Shown here piece by piece: positions 63,152-64,000 of a DNA stretch of 64,000 bases; positions within the stretch are counted from its first letter, which is position 1, and every line of letters starts with the position of its first letter. The position numbers and the translations under genes were made by a program. The stretch lies in the sequence record MN453779.2, one strand, 5' to 3'. The notes below the pieces were generated by a model that made no database searches, was not told the origin of the DNA, and worked only from the letters and a program-made list of their open reading frames with translations.

Positions 63152-63637
63152 ATGGAACTCAAATTCCTTTCCGTTAATATTAATACCATTAAGAATGTAC
63201 TTAATGAAAAACAGATCGCTAAAGTTATTGAATTGCAAAACAACTTGATCAAATGGGAAATTGAAAACAAGAAGTTTTTATGTGATCAAGAAACTTTATC
63301 CCCACTATCCACAGATATTAACGGTTTACTCAGACGCGATTGTCAAGTACTTTATGTCGCTATTAATCCTGTTAATAATCTACCAGTAGCAATTACTGTG
63401 GCTGAACCACATCCTGATAATAGAGAAATTTGTGGACTGATGTCGGTCTGTGTTGAACCTATGTACAAACGGGAAGGAATTGGTTCTCAATTGATGAACG
63501 AAATTAAAGAAGATCTTTCTAGTAATGGATTTAAAGAGATCGTCTTGTTTTTAGATTTTAGAAGTCCAGAAGCTTTGGGGTTCTATACAAGTTTAGGTTT
63601 TCAGTTAACTTTTGCAAACGCTTCGTTAGGGATTTAA
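63152..63637 (+). CDS. GNAT acetyltransferase
   Basis: VCVEPMYKREGIGSQLM acetyl-CoA motif A; ALGFYTSLGF. Confidence 0.85.
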   Translation: MELKFLSVNINTIKNVLNEKQIAKVIELQNNLIKWEIENKKFLCDQETLSPLSTDINGLLRRDCQVLYVAINPVNNLPVAITVAEPHPDNREICGLMSVCVEPMYKREGIGSQLMNEIKEDLSSNGFKEIVLFLDFRSPEALGFYTSLGFQLTFANASLGI

Positions 63638-63638
63638 A

Positions 63639-64000
63639 ATGACTTGTCAAGTATCAATGATTTTTGCTAGCGATAAAAATTCAGGAATAGGCCTCAATAA
63701 TAAACTACCATGGGATTCAATCCCAGAAGACATGGAATGGTTTAAACAATGCACAATGGGTAAGACTGTTGTAATGGGTAGAAAGACTTGGGAATCTCTT
63801 CCAGAGCGTTTTAGGCCACTTCCTGGGCGCACTAACGTTGTCTTAACTTCTAATACTGATAACTTTATTGATGCAATTGTTTCACCATCGATAGGAGCAG
63901 TGTTGGAACGATTTAAAGATGAGAAAGAAATTGTTGTAATCGGCGGTGGTGAAGTCTACAAGTCTTTTGCTCCATATGTCACAAGAGTCTATCAAACCAA
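63639..64000 (+). CDS. folA: dihydrofolate reductase, 3'-truncated (not in ORF track)
   Basis: MTCQVSMIFASDKNSGIGLNNKLPW..IPEDMEWFK..TMGKTVVMGRKTWESLP..RPLPGRTNVVLT...VIGGGEVY. Confidence 0.92.
   Translation, partial: MTCQVSMIFASDKNSGIGLNNKLPWDSIPEDMEWFKQCTMGKTVVMGRKTWESLPERFRPLPGRTNVVLTSNTDNFIDAIVSPSIGAVLERFKDEKEIVVIGGGEVYKSFAPYVTRVYQT

Noticed and set aside
1-64000. Naming a specific phage or host species
   Set aside because: Depolymerase-type spikes and spanins suggest an encapsulated enterobacterial host such as Klebsiella, but this cannot be established without a database search

Overview
This window is part of an AT-rich jumbo myophage genome, most likely phiKZ-like (EL/OBP-type branch). 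The assignment is inferred from the gene complement and promoter motifs; no chimallin or RNAP gene lies in the window to confirm it. 1-18.6 kb holds virion/tail/baseplate genes, RuvC, a holin candidate, an overlapping i-/o-spanin pair, an HxH tail spike and an SbcC/Rad50 ATPase. 18.7-28.4 kb holds a signal-peptide lytic transglycosylase, an NAD-dependent DNA ligase, and an HNH endonuclease lying between an orphan 5' copy and a complete copy of RNase H. 28.4-47.35 kb is bounded by ~340-365 bp imperfect inverted repeats. It contains three depolymerase-type tailspikes whose GC-rich C-terminal parts are joined to AT-rich phage N-termini at a shared ~190 bp module, plus an anchor-only mini-spike, a transglutaminase-like protein, a second HNH and early hypotheticals. 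47.35-64 kb holds a large Ig-like protein, many early hypotheticals, a WYL protein, a metallophosphoesterase, ThyA with a LAGLIDADG intein at the catalytic Cys, a HAD nucleotidase, a GNAT and DHFR (truncated). I also resolved an early promoter motif (ATAWWTT-N8-KATATTA), a late motif (GAYYTTATG) and about 18 long intergenic hairpins. The best candidate for a novel system is a receptor-binding-protein cassette-capture/exchange architecture with 5' and 3' homology arms and inward-facing early promoters in the 3' trailers. All family calls are from motif recognition by eye, not database searches.
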